DNA of 64,000 bases. Origin: a virus. Every line of letters starts with the position of its first letter. Within the stretch, counting starts at the first letter, position 1. The stretch is from IMG/VR virus record IMGVR_UViG_3300049889_000020. The stretch is one strand, 5' to 3'. A program made the translations under genes and the position numbers. Shown piece by piece: positions 52,629 through 62,422 of this stretch. The notes under the pieces were generated by a model. That model was not told the origin of the DNA, ran no database searches, and saw only the letters and a program-made list of their open reading frames with translations.

Positions 52629-53785
52629 GCGCACCACTGATCAGGCCCCCCACCGACCTGGGCGCCTACGTCGACCTGCGTGTCTTCGACGTCCCCTCAT
52701 CGGACCTGATCTCAGCGATGATCGCCTACTACGGGATCGTCAACCCCGGATGGGTCGCCCGCGAAGGCAACACCGAAGTCGTTCTCATGGAAGCGATCGC
52801 ACTGGCCATCGCGGAGAACGTCGCCACCATCAACCGCCTACCCGGCGCCGTGGTCGAGGCGATCCTGCACCTCGCCGGGGTCGACAAGGACTTCGGTGCC
52901 CCCGCGATCGCCACGGCCACCATCAACGTCGCCGACGGCCTGGGCTACACCATTCCGACGGGGACGAGATTCTATTTGCCCTTGGCCACGGGCACGGTGG
53001 TGTTCCTGGCACAGACCCCGGACACCCAGATCCCCGCCGGGGCCACCTCAGCGACCGTGAGCCTCATCTCCCAGATCAACACCGCCGCCGCCAACGGGGT
53101 CGCCGCCGGGGCCCGGCTGGTGCTCGCCGACCAGCTGTCCATGGTGCAGACCGTGACCCTGGCCTCGACGGTGGCCGGCGGACGCGACGCCGAAACCGAC
53201 ACCGCGTGGCGTGATCGTGGCGTCGCCCGACTTCAGCGGCTTTCCGACTGTCTTGTGGTCCCGCGACAATTCAACGCCGCTGTTGATGAAGATGTGCGGG
53301 TCGGCCGCGTGATGACAGTGGATCTGTGGGATGGGTCTGTGGGCTCACCACATACGCCCGGCGCGGACCCCGGTCACATCACCATTTGCGTCCTGGACCC
53401 CACGGGGCTCCCCCTGACCACCCCGGACCTCACGAGCATCCAAACCACCATCCAAGCCCAGTCGGCGGCGATGCTCGCTGTGCACGTCATCAACGCCGCC
53501 CTGGACACCATCGCGGTGGTGGCCAGCATCCGCACCGCCGCCGGATTCACGCCCGCCACGGTGGCCGCCGCTGTAGTCGCCACGGTCCGCAACTACATCA
53601 ACCCGCTGACCTGGGCACCGGGCGCACCGCTGCGCCACAATGAGTTCGTCTCCGTCATCGACCAGGTACCCGGTGTCGACTACGTCGTCAGCGTCACCCT
53701 CAACGCGGGCTCTGGGGATGTCGCGGCGACCACACCAAAGGCCCTGCCGCAGGCCGGGACGGTCACCATCACCGAGGCGCCTTGA
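52625..53785 (+). CDS. baseplate J-like protein
   Basis: 386 aa, GTGA-coupled after the gp25-like gene, as in Mu/P2 baseplates. Confidence 0.5.
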   Translation: MSAPLIRPPTDLGAYVDLRVFDVPSSDLISAMIAYYGIVNPGWVAREGNTEVVLMEAIALAIAENVATINRLPGAVVEAILHLAGVDKDFGAPAIATATINVADGLGYTIPTGTRFYLPLATGTVVFLAQTPDTQIPAGATSATVSLISQINTAAANGVAAGARLVLADQLSMVQTVTLASTVAGGRDAETDTAWRDRGVARLQRLSDCLVVPRQFNAAVDEDVRVGRVMTVDLWDGSVGSPHTPGADPGHITICVLDPTGLPLTTPDLTSIQTTIQAQSAAMLAVHVINAALDTIAVVASIRTAAGFTPATVAAAVVATVRNYINPLTWAPGAPLRHNEFVSVIDQVPGVDYVVSVTLNAGSGDVAATTPKALPQAGTVTITEAP

Positions 53786-54072
53786 TGACCGATCCGACCG
53801 GCGACGTCATGAACCGCAACGCCTGTAGGAATTGCCGCCGGCCCATCTACCTACTCCGCAACATCGGCTGGCTACACGGTGAGCTGCCGCAGTACGCCTA
53901 CGAGACTCCCACTTGCGACCACGCCGTGCCGGTGGACCCGCGCTGCCCGCACTGCGATGACCTCGTGCCCGCGATCTCCGTGGTCGGTGGCGTGCAACTG
54001 GTACTGCATCACATGCCAGGCATTCGACGCCCCTGCCCCGGTAGCGGCACCCTGACAGCGAGACCGCAGTGA
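53785..54072 (+). CDS. small Cys-rich protein
   Basis: CRNC...CDH...CPHC...CPG. Confidence 0.4.
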   Translation: MTDPTGDVMNRNACRNCRRPIYLLRNIGWLHGELPQYAYETPTCDHAVPVDPRCPHCDDLVPAISVVGGVQLVLHHMPGIRRPCPGSGTLTARPQ

Positions 54073-55268
54073 GCACCGTCATCCCCACCCTGCCGGCGCG
54101 CCCGGTAGTGAACGGTTTCGCGACCCGCATCTTCGACCGCCTCCCGGAGGCCTACCGGACCTTCGACGCGAACACCGGCTACCCGTTCCTGCTCTACATC
54201 GACGCCGTCACCCAGGAGCTGGGGGCGATCGACACCGTCATCGCCCGCATCGCTGGGCAGCGCCCAGTCGGACCCGCCGCGCCGCTGCCGTGGTCACTGC
54301 ACCCCGATGCGGTGGCCGACTACAACGCCAACCGCGTGCTGCGGCTGTCGGAACTGGGCGACCCCACGGTGGCCGACGCGGCGTGGCTGCCGTGGCTGGT
54401 GCAGATGGTCGGCGGCACCCTGGATCCGGCCGCGTCCGTCGCCGAGCAGCGCGACACCATCCGTTACGCCACCTCCGGCTGGCTGGCCGGCAGCGCGGCG
54501 AGCATTGAGTACGCGGCGCGCACCGCCCTGACCGGGTCGCAGTACGCGAAATGTGTTCCGCACATGACCGACGGGGGCGCGCCGGGCGGCCCGTGGGATG
54601 TGGCGATCATGACCCGGTCATCGGAAACCCCCGACCCGTCAGCGGTGCTCGGTGCGATCACCCGCAAGGGCGTCAAGCCCGCCGGGGTGATCCTGCACCT
54701 GGTGAACTTCGGTGCCTCCTGGGACATTCTGGAGTCCGCGCGCCCCACCTGGGACCTGTGGGAGTCCGACAGTCTCGGACCGGTCACCTGGGACCGGCTC
54801 GCCGACACGGGCCTGTCCTACGCCGACGTGCCCGGCAACCTGGTACCCAACGCGTCCTACGAGGTCAACGTCACCGGCTGGACGGCCGGGGCGAACACCA
54901 CGGTCACGTGGCTGGCCGGCGGCGTGGACGGCCTGGGGCAAGCCATCGTGCACGCCACCGCAGCGGGGCAGGTCAAGCTCACCTCCTCGACGTTCCCGGT
55001 GACCGCCACGCACGACTACCGAAGCGCGTGCTCCCTGAAGCCCAGCAACGTCCGTACCGGGCGCCTGATCCGCACGTGGTCGACTGGGGCGACGGCGACG
55101 AGCCCGGACTTCACCCTGGCGGCCGGCGTGTGGACCCGCGTGCCGTTCTTTGTGGCCACCGCCCCGACGGGGGCGACCACCGCCAGCGTCGCAGTGCAGA
55201 TCGACGGCATGGGCGTGGCGGAAACCATCGCGGTAGATGCGTGGGACGGTAGGGAATATCACGGTTAG
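54069..55268 (+). CDS. tail protein, P2 gpI-like
   Basis: Position after the J-like gene. N-terminus RLPEAYRTFDANTGYPFLLYIDAVTQELG. Confidence 0.4.
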   Translation: MSTVIPTLPARPVVNGFATRIFDRLPEAYRTFDANTGYPFLLYIDAVTQELGAIDTVIARIAGQRPVGPAAPLPWSLHPDAVADYNANRVLRLSELGDPTVADAAWLPWLVQMVGGTLDPAASVAEQRDTIRYATSGWLAGSAASIEYAARTALTGSQYAKCVPHMTDGGAPGGPWDVAIMTRSSETPDPSAVLGAITRKGVKPAGVILHLVNFGASWDILESARPTWDLWESDSLGPVTWDRLADTGLSYADVPGNLVPNASYEVNVTGWTAGANTTVTWLAGGVDGLGQAIVHATAAGQVKLTSSTFPVTATHDYRSACSLKPSNVRTGRLIRTWSTGATATSPDFTLAAGVWTRVPFFVATAPTGATTASVAVQIDGMGVAETIAVDAWDGREYHG

Positions 55269-55459
55269 TCATAGAGTGTGCCCAGGTCGCCTGGGGGTCA
55301 AGGCCGTCCCCGCCACTTCATAGTCCAGCGGTTAAGGTACGTTCGGCTGGGTCATTGTTGGGGATTCCGCCCGGCTGCCATGAACGTTCCTGCCCCCGGC
55401 GACCTGCCTCCCGCGTGTCACTCCCGGTCGGACCCCACTGCGCCTGACACGATCACGCC

Positions 55460-57202
55460 GTGACCCTCACCCGCACCCCCCGGCTGGGGCTGGAGCAGTG
55501 GTCTAGTGGCGTCGACTCCCCTTCGCGGACCGGGTTCAACACCGACTACCTGGATTTAGAGACGCGGGTCGCGGTCGATCAGCGCACCGCCGGGGCGACC
55601 CTGCCGATCGGTTCACCCGCGCTGGTGTCCGCCGAATACTTCCAGCGCACCCTGGATTTGGGCTCCGGCGCCACCGCCTACGGGCTGTACCGCACCGACG
55701 CGGGCGGTACCTGGCATGCGCAGTCCTGGATCCCCGAGCGCCTGCTGGTGCGCCCCCCGGACACGACACCGGGTGTCACGACTGAGGCCCTGCGAATCGA
55801 GCACACCAGTGTCGCCACCGCTGGGCTGACCTCGTCATGGGATGGCACGGTCAAGGCCCGCACCGCTCTGATCCTGGGCAACGCCGCCGAGCCCACCATC
55901 GGCCGTCTCGCGGTCGGCTCCCTGGACTCACTGCCGGCGGCCGTGCGGGCCCGGATCACCGCGTTCGGGGTGGAGCGGGCGCTGGAGCTGAAGGCCGGCG
56001 ACGCCAACGTCACAGAGCTGCTGCGGGCGATCGACTCCAGCGGCAGCAACGTGTTGACCATCTCGGGCACGGGACAGCTCACATCCACGCAGAGCGCCGC
56101 GTTCGGTGGGGTCACGCCTAGTACGGCGGCGGGACTGTCGGTGGCACCGCAGGCCACTGGGGCCATCAACACGGGCCTGCTGGGCTACGGGCAGGAGTCC
56201 GCGCCGACACGGGTGATCTGGCAGGCGAACCGCTTCCAGCCGGGCAGCACCGACGCCGCGTCGATCTTCTCCGTGGCCCCGAATCTGATCAGCATCGGCC
56301 GGATCACCACGGACTGGACTGGTGAGCTGGACGTCGGGGCGAGCCTGGTGAAACTGGCCACTGCGCGTCTCGCGTGGTTCCCCAACGCCGCGTCGCAGTC
56401 GGGCTCCACTCCGTTCAACCCGTTCCCCGGCATGACCGGCTTCGTCGGGATTGATCAGACCAACGGCCTGAGTTCCACAGTGAGCACCCAGTTCAACAAC
56501 TACGGTGACCCGACGCGCGACGCCGCCCGTTTCGCCTCCTACCCGTCATCGACGGCGACGTGGACCGGTGACCTGTCCCGCTGGTACCAGGCAGAGATCA
56601 TCTCCGGGTCACCGGACTCGGTGATCGTGGCGAAAGTCAGCCCGTTCGGGCAGATGCTGTCCAACGCCCCGTGGCGGGGCAGCGGCACCAAACCGAACAA
56701 CCTGCGTGACGTCCGCCAGCCCGTCGTGCACACCAGCAAGAAGATCTGGGTGGTGCCGGGCGACTACCCCGACGGCCAGTTCGTCGCCAGCAACGGCAGC
56801 TTCACCTACGACTGGCCCACGATGACGGTGCGCAGCGCGTCGATCACGCAGCTAGAGGTCGAGATGCGCCTCGAAGCCCTGTTCTTTAAGCAGAACTCCG
56901 GCGCCAACCCTGACCGCCAGGTACTCCAGATCCGCTGGTTTTACTCCATCGGTGGGGGCTCGTTCACGCTGGCCGACACCGACTACCAGGAGGCCGCGTC
57001 CACGACGGTGGACTCCACCTGGCCGCAGGCACCCGGTGTTCAGAACACCTGGACGGTGACCGTTCCCGTCACGGCGGCGGCCGGCACCACATTCCGCATG
57101 CGCTTCCAAGCTCTGCTCTACGCCTACGCCAGTGACGCACGTCTGCGTCGGGCGGACCTCAAGGTGAGGGAAAGCATCGTCGAGACCTACACGGCGGCCT
57201 AA
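55460..57202 (+). CDS. tail fibre protein
   Basis: 580 aa, rich in Gly/Thr/Ser/Ala, following the baseplate genes. Confidence 0.4.
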   Translation: MTLTRTPRLGLEQWSSGVDSPSRTGFNTDYLDLETRVAVDQRTAGATLPIGSPALVSAEYFQRTLDLGSGATAYGLYRTDAGGTWHAQSWIPERLLVRPPDTTPGVTTEALRIEHTSVATAGLTSSWDGTVKARTALILGNAAEPTIGRLAVGSLDSLPAAVRARITAFGVERALELKAGDANVTELLRAIDSSGSNVLTISGTGQLTSTQSAAFGGVTPSTAAGLSVAPQATGAINTGLLGYGQESAPTRVIWQANRFQPGSTDAASIFSVAPNLISIGRITTDWTGELDVGASLVKLATARLAWFPNAASQSGSTPFNPFPGMTGFVGIDQTNGLSSTVSTQFNNYGDPTRDAARFASYPSSTATWTGDLSRWYQAEIISGSPDSVIVAKVSPFGQMLSNAPWRGSGTKPNNLRDVRQPVVHTSKKIWVVPGDYPDGQFVASNGSFTYDWPTMTVRSASITQLEVEMRLEALFFKQNSGANPDRQVLQIRWFYSIGGGSFTLADTDYQEAASTTVDSTWPQAPGVQNTWTVTVPVTAAAGTTFRMRFQALLYAYASDARLRRADLKVRESIVETYTAA

Positions 57203-57205
57203 CTG

Positions 57206-57442
57206 ATGCAATACAAGAACCTGACCGGGCGCGACATCGACGCGCTGCGCGCCGAGCGGATCACCGTGCTGGAGGGCGAGCACTTCCGGCTCGTGCTGCG
57301 CCGCGAAGAGGCCGTCGAGGTTGCCGAGTTCGAGCAGCTCAGTGCGCAGCTGGCCGAGCTAGAGCGACGCATCGAGCTGCACCGGGCCGATGAGGCACCG
57401 ACCGAAGCACCCGCTGACGAGACCGTGAAGGGGTCCGCGTGA
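57206..57442 (+). CDS. hypothetical coiled-coil protein
   Basis: 78-aa ORF. Confidence 0.4.
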   Translation: MQYKNLTGRDIDALRAERITVLEGEHFRLVLRREEAVEVAEFEQLSAQLAELERRIELHRADEAPTEAPADETVKGSA

Positions 57443-57858
57443 GCACCCCCGAGGCGTCACCACTGACGAAGCCTTGGCGACGGATCCCCTTTCAGACGAC
57501 ACTGACCGCGATCATTCCCACAGTTCTGGGGCTCGCGCTGATAATCCAGTCCGGCCGATGGTTGCGCACCCCCGCCTACGGCAACCTGTTGCGCATCATG
57601 CCCGCCGACACCTGGGGCGCCATCTACCTCATCGTGGCGGCTTTACTGATCGGCGGCATCGTTTACCGGAAGTACCACGCTCTCGGCATCGCCGGACATA
57701 CAGCTGGCTTTGTGCTACTGGCGGTGTGGGAAGTGGGATTCATAATTCGGTGGATAACAGATCATAATACGACGATCGCCAACGTGCTCTCCTGGGGAAT
57801 CTTCCTGTCACTGCTCGTGTGGTCTGCGAAGACGGCCGCTCGGCGGCCGAGTCCGTGA
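57439..57858 (+). CDS. four-helix membrane protein
   Basis: GTGA coupling; hydrophobic helices. Confidence 0.5.
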   Translation: MSTPEASPLTKPWRRIPFQTTLTAIIPTVLGLALIIQSGRWLRTPAYGNLLRIMPADTWGAIYLIVAALLIGGIVYRKYHALGIAGHTAGFVLLAVWEVGFIIRWITDHNTTIANVLSWGIFLSLLVWSAKTAARRPSP

Positions 57859-58196
57859 ATGCCACAGTCCTCACCACAATAATCGGACTGGCTATCACGG
57901 CCATCGGAACGATCCTGTTCCCGCTCTACCTCAATCGCAGCAAGCACACCGAGACCGTCGCCGAACAGGACTCGGTAGACAGTCGCGAAGTAGCAAAGAT
58001 GTTCAAGGAAGAACGCGACCGGCTCCAGCTCCGCCTCGACACCATGCAAGCGAACTACGAGCGCCAGATGGCCACCATGGAAGCCGGGTGGCGCTCGCAG
58101 CACGACAAGGATCAGGCACAGATCAATGACCTGCGGGCTGAGCTGCAAGGCGTCTACCGCCAGCTCTACCAGCAGCCCCCGCGTCCCGCTCCGTGA
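57855..58196 (+). CDS. single-pass membrane + coiled-coil protein
   Basis: GTG 57855 within TCCGTGAATGC. N-terminus VNATVLTTIIGLAITAIG. Confidence 0.45.
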   Translation: MNATVLTTIIGLAITAIGTILFPLYLNRSKHTETVAEQDSVDSREVAKMFKEERDRLQLRLDTMQANYERQMATMEAGWRSQHDKDQAQINDLRAELQGVYRQLYQQPPRPAP

Positions 58197-58999
58197 ATGC
58201 GACGCTCCTGGGGGCACTGCTGCTGGCGGTGTCCCTGGTGAGCGTGGTGATTTATATGAGTGCCCTGGGGCAATTACTGATCGGAACTCGACGGCCCGGA
58301 CTGGTGCGTACCGCCGTCTGTCGCCTGTTCGCCGCATTGCTCTATGTCGGGGTCGGACTGACCACTTTGCAAACCAGTCAGAACGGACCGCTCATCGGAC
58401 TGGGAGTATTCACCGTTGTTCAGCTCATGTGGCAAGCCAATTCCGTGGCCGACGTCAGGCTAGCCCGACAGGCGAGAGGTGATCGCATGCCAGACCCACA
58501 TTTCGACCCACCGGGCGTCACCGATCCAGTGGCGAATTACGCTGTGCCATTGCCTCCGGCCGTAGTCGCCGCCGAGATCGACCGGCTGTCGGAGAAGATG
58601 AACAAAATAACACGCCGCTTCGACAAGAAGCAGGAGGACGAAGCGGGAGAACGTGCCACCCACCAACTTTGGCGCGGTATTGTAGTGTTCGCTGTCATCC
58701 TGGGAATATGTGGTCTCATCTTCAGTTTGGTTGTGTTCGGTCGCGCCGATCGAGCCGACGCACTCGCCCAGCAGAATGCGCAGCTCATCGCCCAGATGCG
58801 CTTGACTCAGGATCGCTTGAACCTGTCAGTGCACGAGAATTGTGTGCTCTACGGGATACTCTTATCGACCTACAGCACCCGAGCTAAGGCCGCCAGCCCA
58901 GGGGGACCGGAAACTTACGACTCCGACTTCCGCAGGGCTCTCGCCAGCTCGGATCATCTCGGATGCAACTTGACCCCACCGCCGGGGCTGCCAAGCTGA
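58193..58999 (+). CDS. multi-pass membrane protein
   Basis: GTG 58193 within the same TCCGTGAATGC junction. N-terminus VNATLLGALLLAVSLVSV. Confidence 0.5.
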   Translation: MNATLLGALLLAVSLVSVVIYMSALGQLLIGTRRPGLVRTAVCRLFAALLYVGVGLTTLQTSQNGPLIGLGVFTVVQLMWQANSVADVRLARQARGDRMPDPHFDPPGVTDPVANYAVPLPPAVVAAEIDRLSEKMNKITRRFDKKQEDEAGERATHQLWRGIVVFAVILGICGLIFSLVVFGRADRADALAQQNAQLIAQMRLTQDRLNLSVHENCVLYGILLSTYSTRAKAASPGGPETYDSDFRRALASSDHLGCNLTPPPGLPS

Positions 59000-59200
59000 C
59001 CCACCCTTGCGTCGGGCTCTCGGCGCGTCGCCCCGATAACCCGGTGCGCACGCTCGATGATGGCGGGCGTGACCGAAGACCACGCGCAGCACGCTGGAGC
59101 CGTCGGGCACGAGCGGCACGGGCACCCGACCGACTCTGGCCGGTCGCTCATGCAGGAACTACGTCACATCCAGCGGCAGCACCGACACATTGGAGACCTC

Positions 59201-59479
59201 ATGGCTGACGAGCAGACCCAGATCGACCGCCTCAACACCGACGTGGGCAACTACGTCACCGCGATGCGTGGGCAGGTTCAGTCCCTGAAGGACCAGCTCG
59301 CCACCGTCTCGGGTCAGGTGTCGACCGCAGCGGCCGACCAGATGTCCGCTGATGCGCAGGGCCTGTCCGACACCCTGGACAAGCTGGAGGCCGCGTTCGC
59401 GCAGGACAACCCCCCGGCCGCTCCGGCTGACCCTGGCACCGGTACCGACCCAAACGCCCCGGCCGCCCGCCGTCGGTGA
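59201..59479 (+). CDS. coiled-coil protein
   Basis: ATG 59201 with GGAGA upstream. The upstream part of the track ORF has poor coding character. Confidence 0.45.
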   Translation: MADEQTQIDRLNTDVGNYVTAMRGQVQSLKDQLATVSGQVSTAAADQMSADAQGLSDTLDKLEAAFAQDNPPAAPADPGTGTDPNAPAARRR

Positions 59480-59569
59480 TCAGCAAGATCCTGGAGTTCC
59501 TGGCGATCAAGAAGTTGATCAATTGGCTTCGCGGTAAGCCGAAGCCGCCAGCCGACTCCGCATGAACGT

Positions 59570-59605
59570 CCGGTCCGGGGGGACTCCTCGCGCCCCCCGG
59601 ACCGG
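59570..59605 (+). terminator. hairpin before the lysis cassette
   Basis: 13-bp stem CCGGTCCGGGGGG/CCCCCCGGACCGG with a 10-nt loop. Confidence 0.55.
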
Positions 59606-59624
59606 CACTTAACGAGGAGGACCC

Positions 59625-60575
59625 ATGCGCCACCCCTACCTGGGGAGCGTCCTGTGGTCCGACGTGTCGAAGTACCAGACCTGGGTAGACGACACCTACC
59701 CCTACCAGGTGCTCGCCATCCGCAGCAACGACGGCACCTACCGCGACGACAAGTTCCCCGCCAACCTCGCGTGGTCGAAGTACGCCCTGGACACGAGCCG
59801 GCTCCGGGCGCTGATCGACTACGTCGTGTACCGGCCCAACTGGCAACAGACCCTCGACACGCTCAAGGCGATGGTCGGCACCCCGGATCCCCGCATGGCC
59901 GTCATGGTCGATGTGGAGTCCTGGAGTGGCCAGATCAAAGGTGACCAGTCGGTTGGGGTGAACAACCTGGTCAACGGGCTGGCCGCCTGGCTCGGCGACA
60001 ACCGCAAGGTCATCGGCTACGGCAACACCGGAGACCTGAACAGCCTATGGCCCCGCAAGCCCACCGGAATGCGCCTGATCATCGCCGCCTACGGGTCGAA
60101 CCCGGACTACCCCGGCAAGCTGGGCCACCAGTTCACCGACGGCGTCACGAAAGATCACCTACTCGTGCCCCCGTTCGGCTACGCCGACGTCAACTCAGCC
60201 GACGGCTACGACATCGACTCATTCTGCACCGCGCTGGGGATCGGTAACCCGCCCACGTTAGGAGAAGACATGCCCGCCAACGAATGGGCCACCAGCACTA
60301 CCCCACAGCAACACGCGGCGTGCTACCCGATCGGTGCGAAGGTCTCCAGTCTGACCGCCCAGGGCTGGCTGAGCATCTTCCCCAGCACCGACGCCGACAT
60401 TCACGCCGACATCTACGGGGGTGGCCGGATCCTGGCCACCTTCACGGAGAAGGCCGCCGGGGTCAACAGATGGTGGAAAGAGCTGCCAGACGGCACGGAG
60501 GGGGCGCTGGTGACGATCTCGACGAAGGTGCCCGGTGTAGCCGGCTGGTGTTTGGAACTGAAGCCGAAACCGTGA
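59625..60575 (+). CDS. endolysin, GH25-like muramidase domain + C-terminal domain
   Basis: SDVSKYQTWVD (DVSxxQ) and VMVDVESW (DxE-type) motifs. GAGGAGG upstream. Followed by a holin-like gene. Confidence 0.55.
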   Translation: MRHPYLGSVLWSDVSKYQTWVDDTYPYQVLAIRSNDGTYRDDKFPANLAWSKYALDTSRLRALIDYVVYRPNWQQTLDTLKAMVGTPDPRMAVMVDVESWSGQIKGDQSVGVNNLVNGLAAWLGDNRKVIGYGNTGDLNSLWPRKPTGMRLIIAAYGSNPDYPGKLGHQFTDGVTKDHLLVPPFGYADVNSADGYDIDSFCTALGIGNPPTLGEDMPANEWATSTTPQQHAACYPIGAKVSSLTAQGWLSIFPSTDADIHADIYGGGRILATFTEKAAGVNRWWKELPDGTEGALVTISTKVPGVAGWCLELKPKP

Positions 60576-60586
60576 GGGGAAAGTAG

Positions 60587-60952
60587 ATGCTGAAGATCTT
60601 CGGGCGCGAGCCCGCGCAGTGGGCGCACCTGCTGGGTGGCCTGCTGATGATGCTGGTGCCCATCCTGCACCTGACCCCCGACCTGACCGGTGCCGTCCTG
60701 GCCGTCATCGCCGCCGGATCCGGGATCCTCACCGCCGCCACGGCCGGTGCTGAGAAGGCCGCCCCGCTGGTCGCCGGCCTGATCAAAGCACTGCTCGCGG
60801 TTGCGATCGCCGTGCACTTCGACCTCTCGCCCGAGGTCCAAGCCGGGATCATGGTGTTCGTCGAGGCCACTGTCGGCTTCTACCTGCGCACCCAGATCGT
60901 CGCCCCGGTCGCTCCCGCTCCCGTACCTGTGGCGGCACCGCAAGCGATATGA
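60587..60952 (+). CDS. holin-like membrane protein
   Basis: Three hydrophobic helices, immediately after the lysin. Confidence 0.45.
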   Translation: MLKIFGREPAQWAHLLGGLLMMLVPILHLTPDLTGAVLAVIAAGSGILTAATAGAEKAAPLVAGLIKALLAVAIAVHFDLSPEVQAGIMVFVEATVGFYLRTQIVAPVAPAPVPVAAPQAI

Positions 60953-61305
60953 GCCGGCCGAGCCTGAAGCAGGGGACATCGCGGACGGTCCGCGCTTTCA
61001 ACATCGTTGATGGCGCGGATCAGCCGCTGACTGTCACCGGCTGGCTTGTCCACGGGGTCGCCCGCGCCGACAACGATGAGGGCCCGGTGCTCGCCGAATG
61101 GTCGGACACCCCCACAGGTTTCCAGGGCCGGGCGACCGCGTCGGGGCGCACGGTGAACCTGTTCATCACCCCGGCGATGTCACTGGCCTGGGTTTGTGAT
61201 CGCGTCGTCATCCAGGCGAAGATCACCAATCCACTCGACGCCACGCAGGTGGAACGGATCATCGACGTGGTCTACGACTTCGACCGGGAGGTCATCCCCG
61301 CATGA
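60949..61305 (+). CDS. hypothetical protein
   Basis: ATGA coupling; 118 aa. Confidence 0.45.
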   Translation: MSRPSLKQGTSRTVRAFNIVDGADQPLTVTGWLVHGVARADNDEGPVLAEWSDTPTGFQGRATASGRTVNLFITPAMSLAWVCDRVVIQAKITNPLDATQVERIIDVVYDFDREVIPA

Positions 61306-61604
61306 CACAGGGACTCGTGCTGCACCGTGACTGGGTGTGCGCCAAAGACTGCGGCAGCTCCGCACGCACCTACGACTCCGCCCTGCCCCACCACCCGTGC
61401 AAGGCCATGGCCGGACTCATGGTGCCCCTGATCCTCGCGGGCACGAAAGCCAAGGTCGAAGCACAGCCCAGGCAGGACTACGTCGGCAAAGAGATCGTGC
61501 AGCGCGACGCCGACGGCAAGGTTTGGATGTCCACGGTTGTCACCAGGGATGAGGGTCAGGACTGCTCTGTCTACGCCCCCACCGCACTAGGTAAGAGGGA
61601 GTAG
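61302..61604 (+). CDS. hypothetical protein
   Basis: ATGA coupling; 100 aa. Confidence 0.45.
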   Translation: MTQGLVLHRDWVCAKDCGSSARTYDSALPHHPCKAMAGLMVPLILAGTKAKVEAQPRQDYVGKEIVQRDADGKVWMSTVVTRDEGQDCSVYAPTALGKRE

Positions 61605-61606
61605 CA

Positions 61607-61918
61607 GTGACCGAGCAAGAGATCGAGCAGCAGCGGCGTGAGGACGTCGCCGCTGTTGACCTGCATGTGCGGGAGGTCGCCGCCGCGCAGGAGCGGGTCA
61701 ACGGGGCCGCCGACAAGGTCGAGAAGTTCACTGATCACCTCAAGAATCTCAAAGAAGATCTGCGGGCAGCGAAGGCGAACCTCGCGGTCGAAGAGGAGAT
61801 CCTGACGAAGGTCCGCAAGCGCGCCGCTGACGTTCTCGCCGAAGGCCCGGTCTCCATCAGTGGCGAAATGGTGTACGCGGTCGCCGAGACCGCCCACGGC
61901 CTGGGGAGCGTGAACTGA
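61607..61918 (+). CDS. coiled-coil protein
   Basis: GTG 61607 with GAGGGAG upstream. Confidence 0.45.
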   Translation: MTEQEIEQQRREDVAAVDLHVREVAAAQERVNGAADKVEKFTDHLKNLKEDLRAAKANLAVEEEILTKVRKRAADVLAEGPVSISGEMVYAVAETAHGLGSVN

Positions 61919-62388
61919 TGGCGTTCACCGCCAGCCACATCAACCGTTCATACCTCGCGGATGTCCTCGACAACACCACCGCACTGGATCTCGGGTCGGA
62001 CGCTTTCAAGGCCGCCCTGTTCGGCAACACGGGCACCCCGGATGAGAACGCCACCTCCGCCAACACCGCGTTCGGCGTCGGCCAGTGGGTCACCGGTAAC
62101 GAGATCTCCCAAGCCGGCCAGTGGCCCACGGGTGGCGTCGCCCTGACCAGCCCATCACTGAACTCGGGCACGTCGGATGTGGTGTTCTTTACCGCCTCGA
62201 ACACTGCTTCCGGTGCGGCGGCGACCCTGGCGAACATCTACGGCGTCATGGTCTACGACACCACCGTGGCAACGCCGGTCGCCAGCCAAGGGATCTGTTT
62301 CAACTACTACGGCGGCCCCAACTCCGTCACCAACGGCACCTTCACCTCCGTATGGGCAGGTACCGGCATCGCGCGGTTCACTCTCTAG
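61918..62388 (+). CDS. hypothetical virion-type protein
   Basis: ATGA coupling; 156 aa, rich in Thr/Gly/Asn/Ala. Confidence 0.45.
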   Translation: MAFTASHINRSYLADVLDNTTALDLGSDAFKAALFGNTGTPDENATSANTAFGVGQWVTGNEISQAGQWPTGGVALTSPSLNSGTSDVVFFTASNTASGAAATLANIYGVMVYDTTVATPVASQGICFNYYGGPNSVTNGTFTSVWAGTGIARFTL

Positions 62389-62422
62389 GCGTTTGCTTGG
62401 GCTAACGGGATAGGAGCTGTGG

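Noticed and set aside
55300-55385. Possible tRNA in the intergenic region before the fibre gene (TAGTCCAGCGGTTAAGG resembles a D arm; GGGGATTCCGCCC resembles a T arm; ends in GCCA)
   Set aside because: I could not pair a 7-bp acceptor stem or a 5-bp T stem, and the T-loop is not GTTCRANYC-like. It is probably just structured leader or terminator sequence (hairpin CCCAGG/CCTGGG at 55281-55295).
59476-59565. 29-codon ORF (VISKILEFLAIKKLINWLRGKPKPPADSA) GTGA-coupled to 59201..59479
   Set aside because: It is an amphipathic peptide with plausible coupling. However, it is too short and has unremarkable codon statistics, so I do not call it without comparative or proteomic support.
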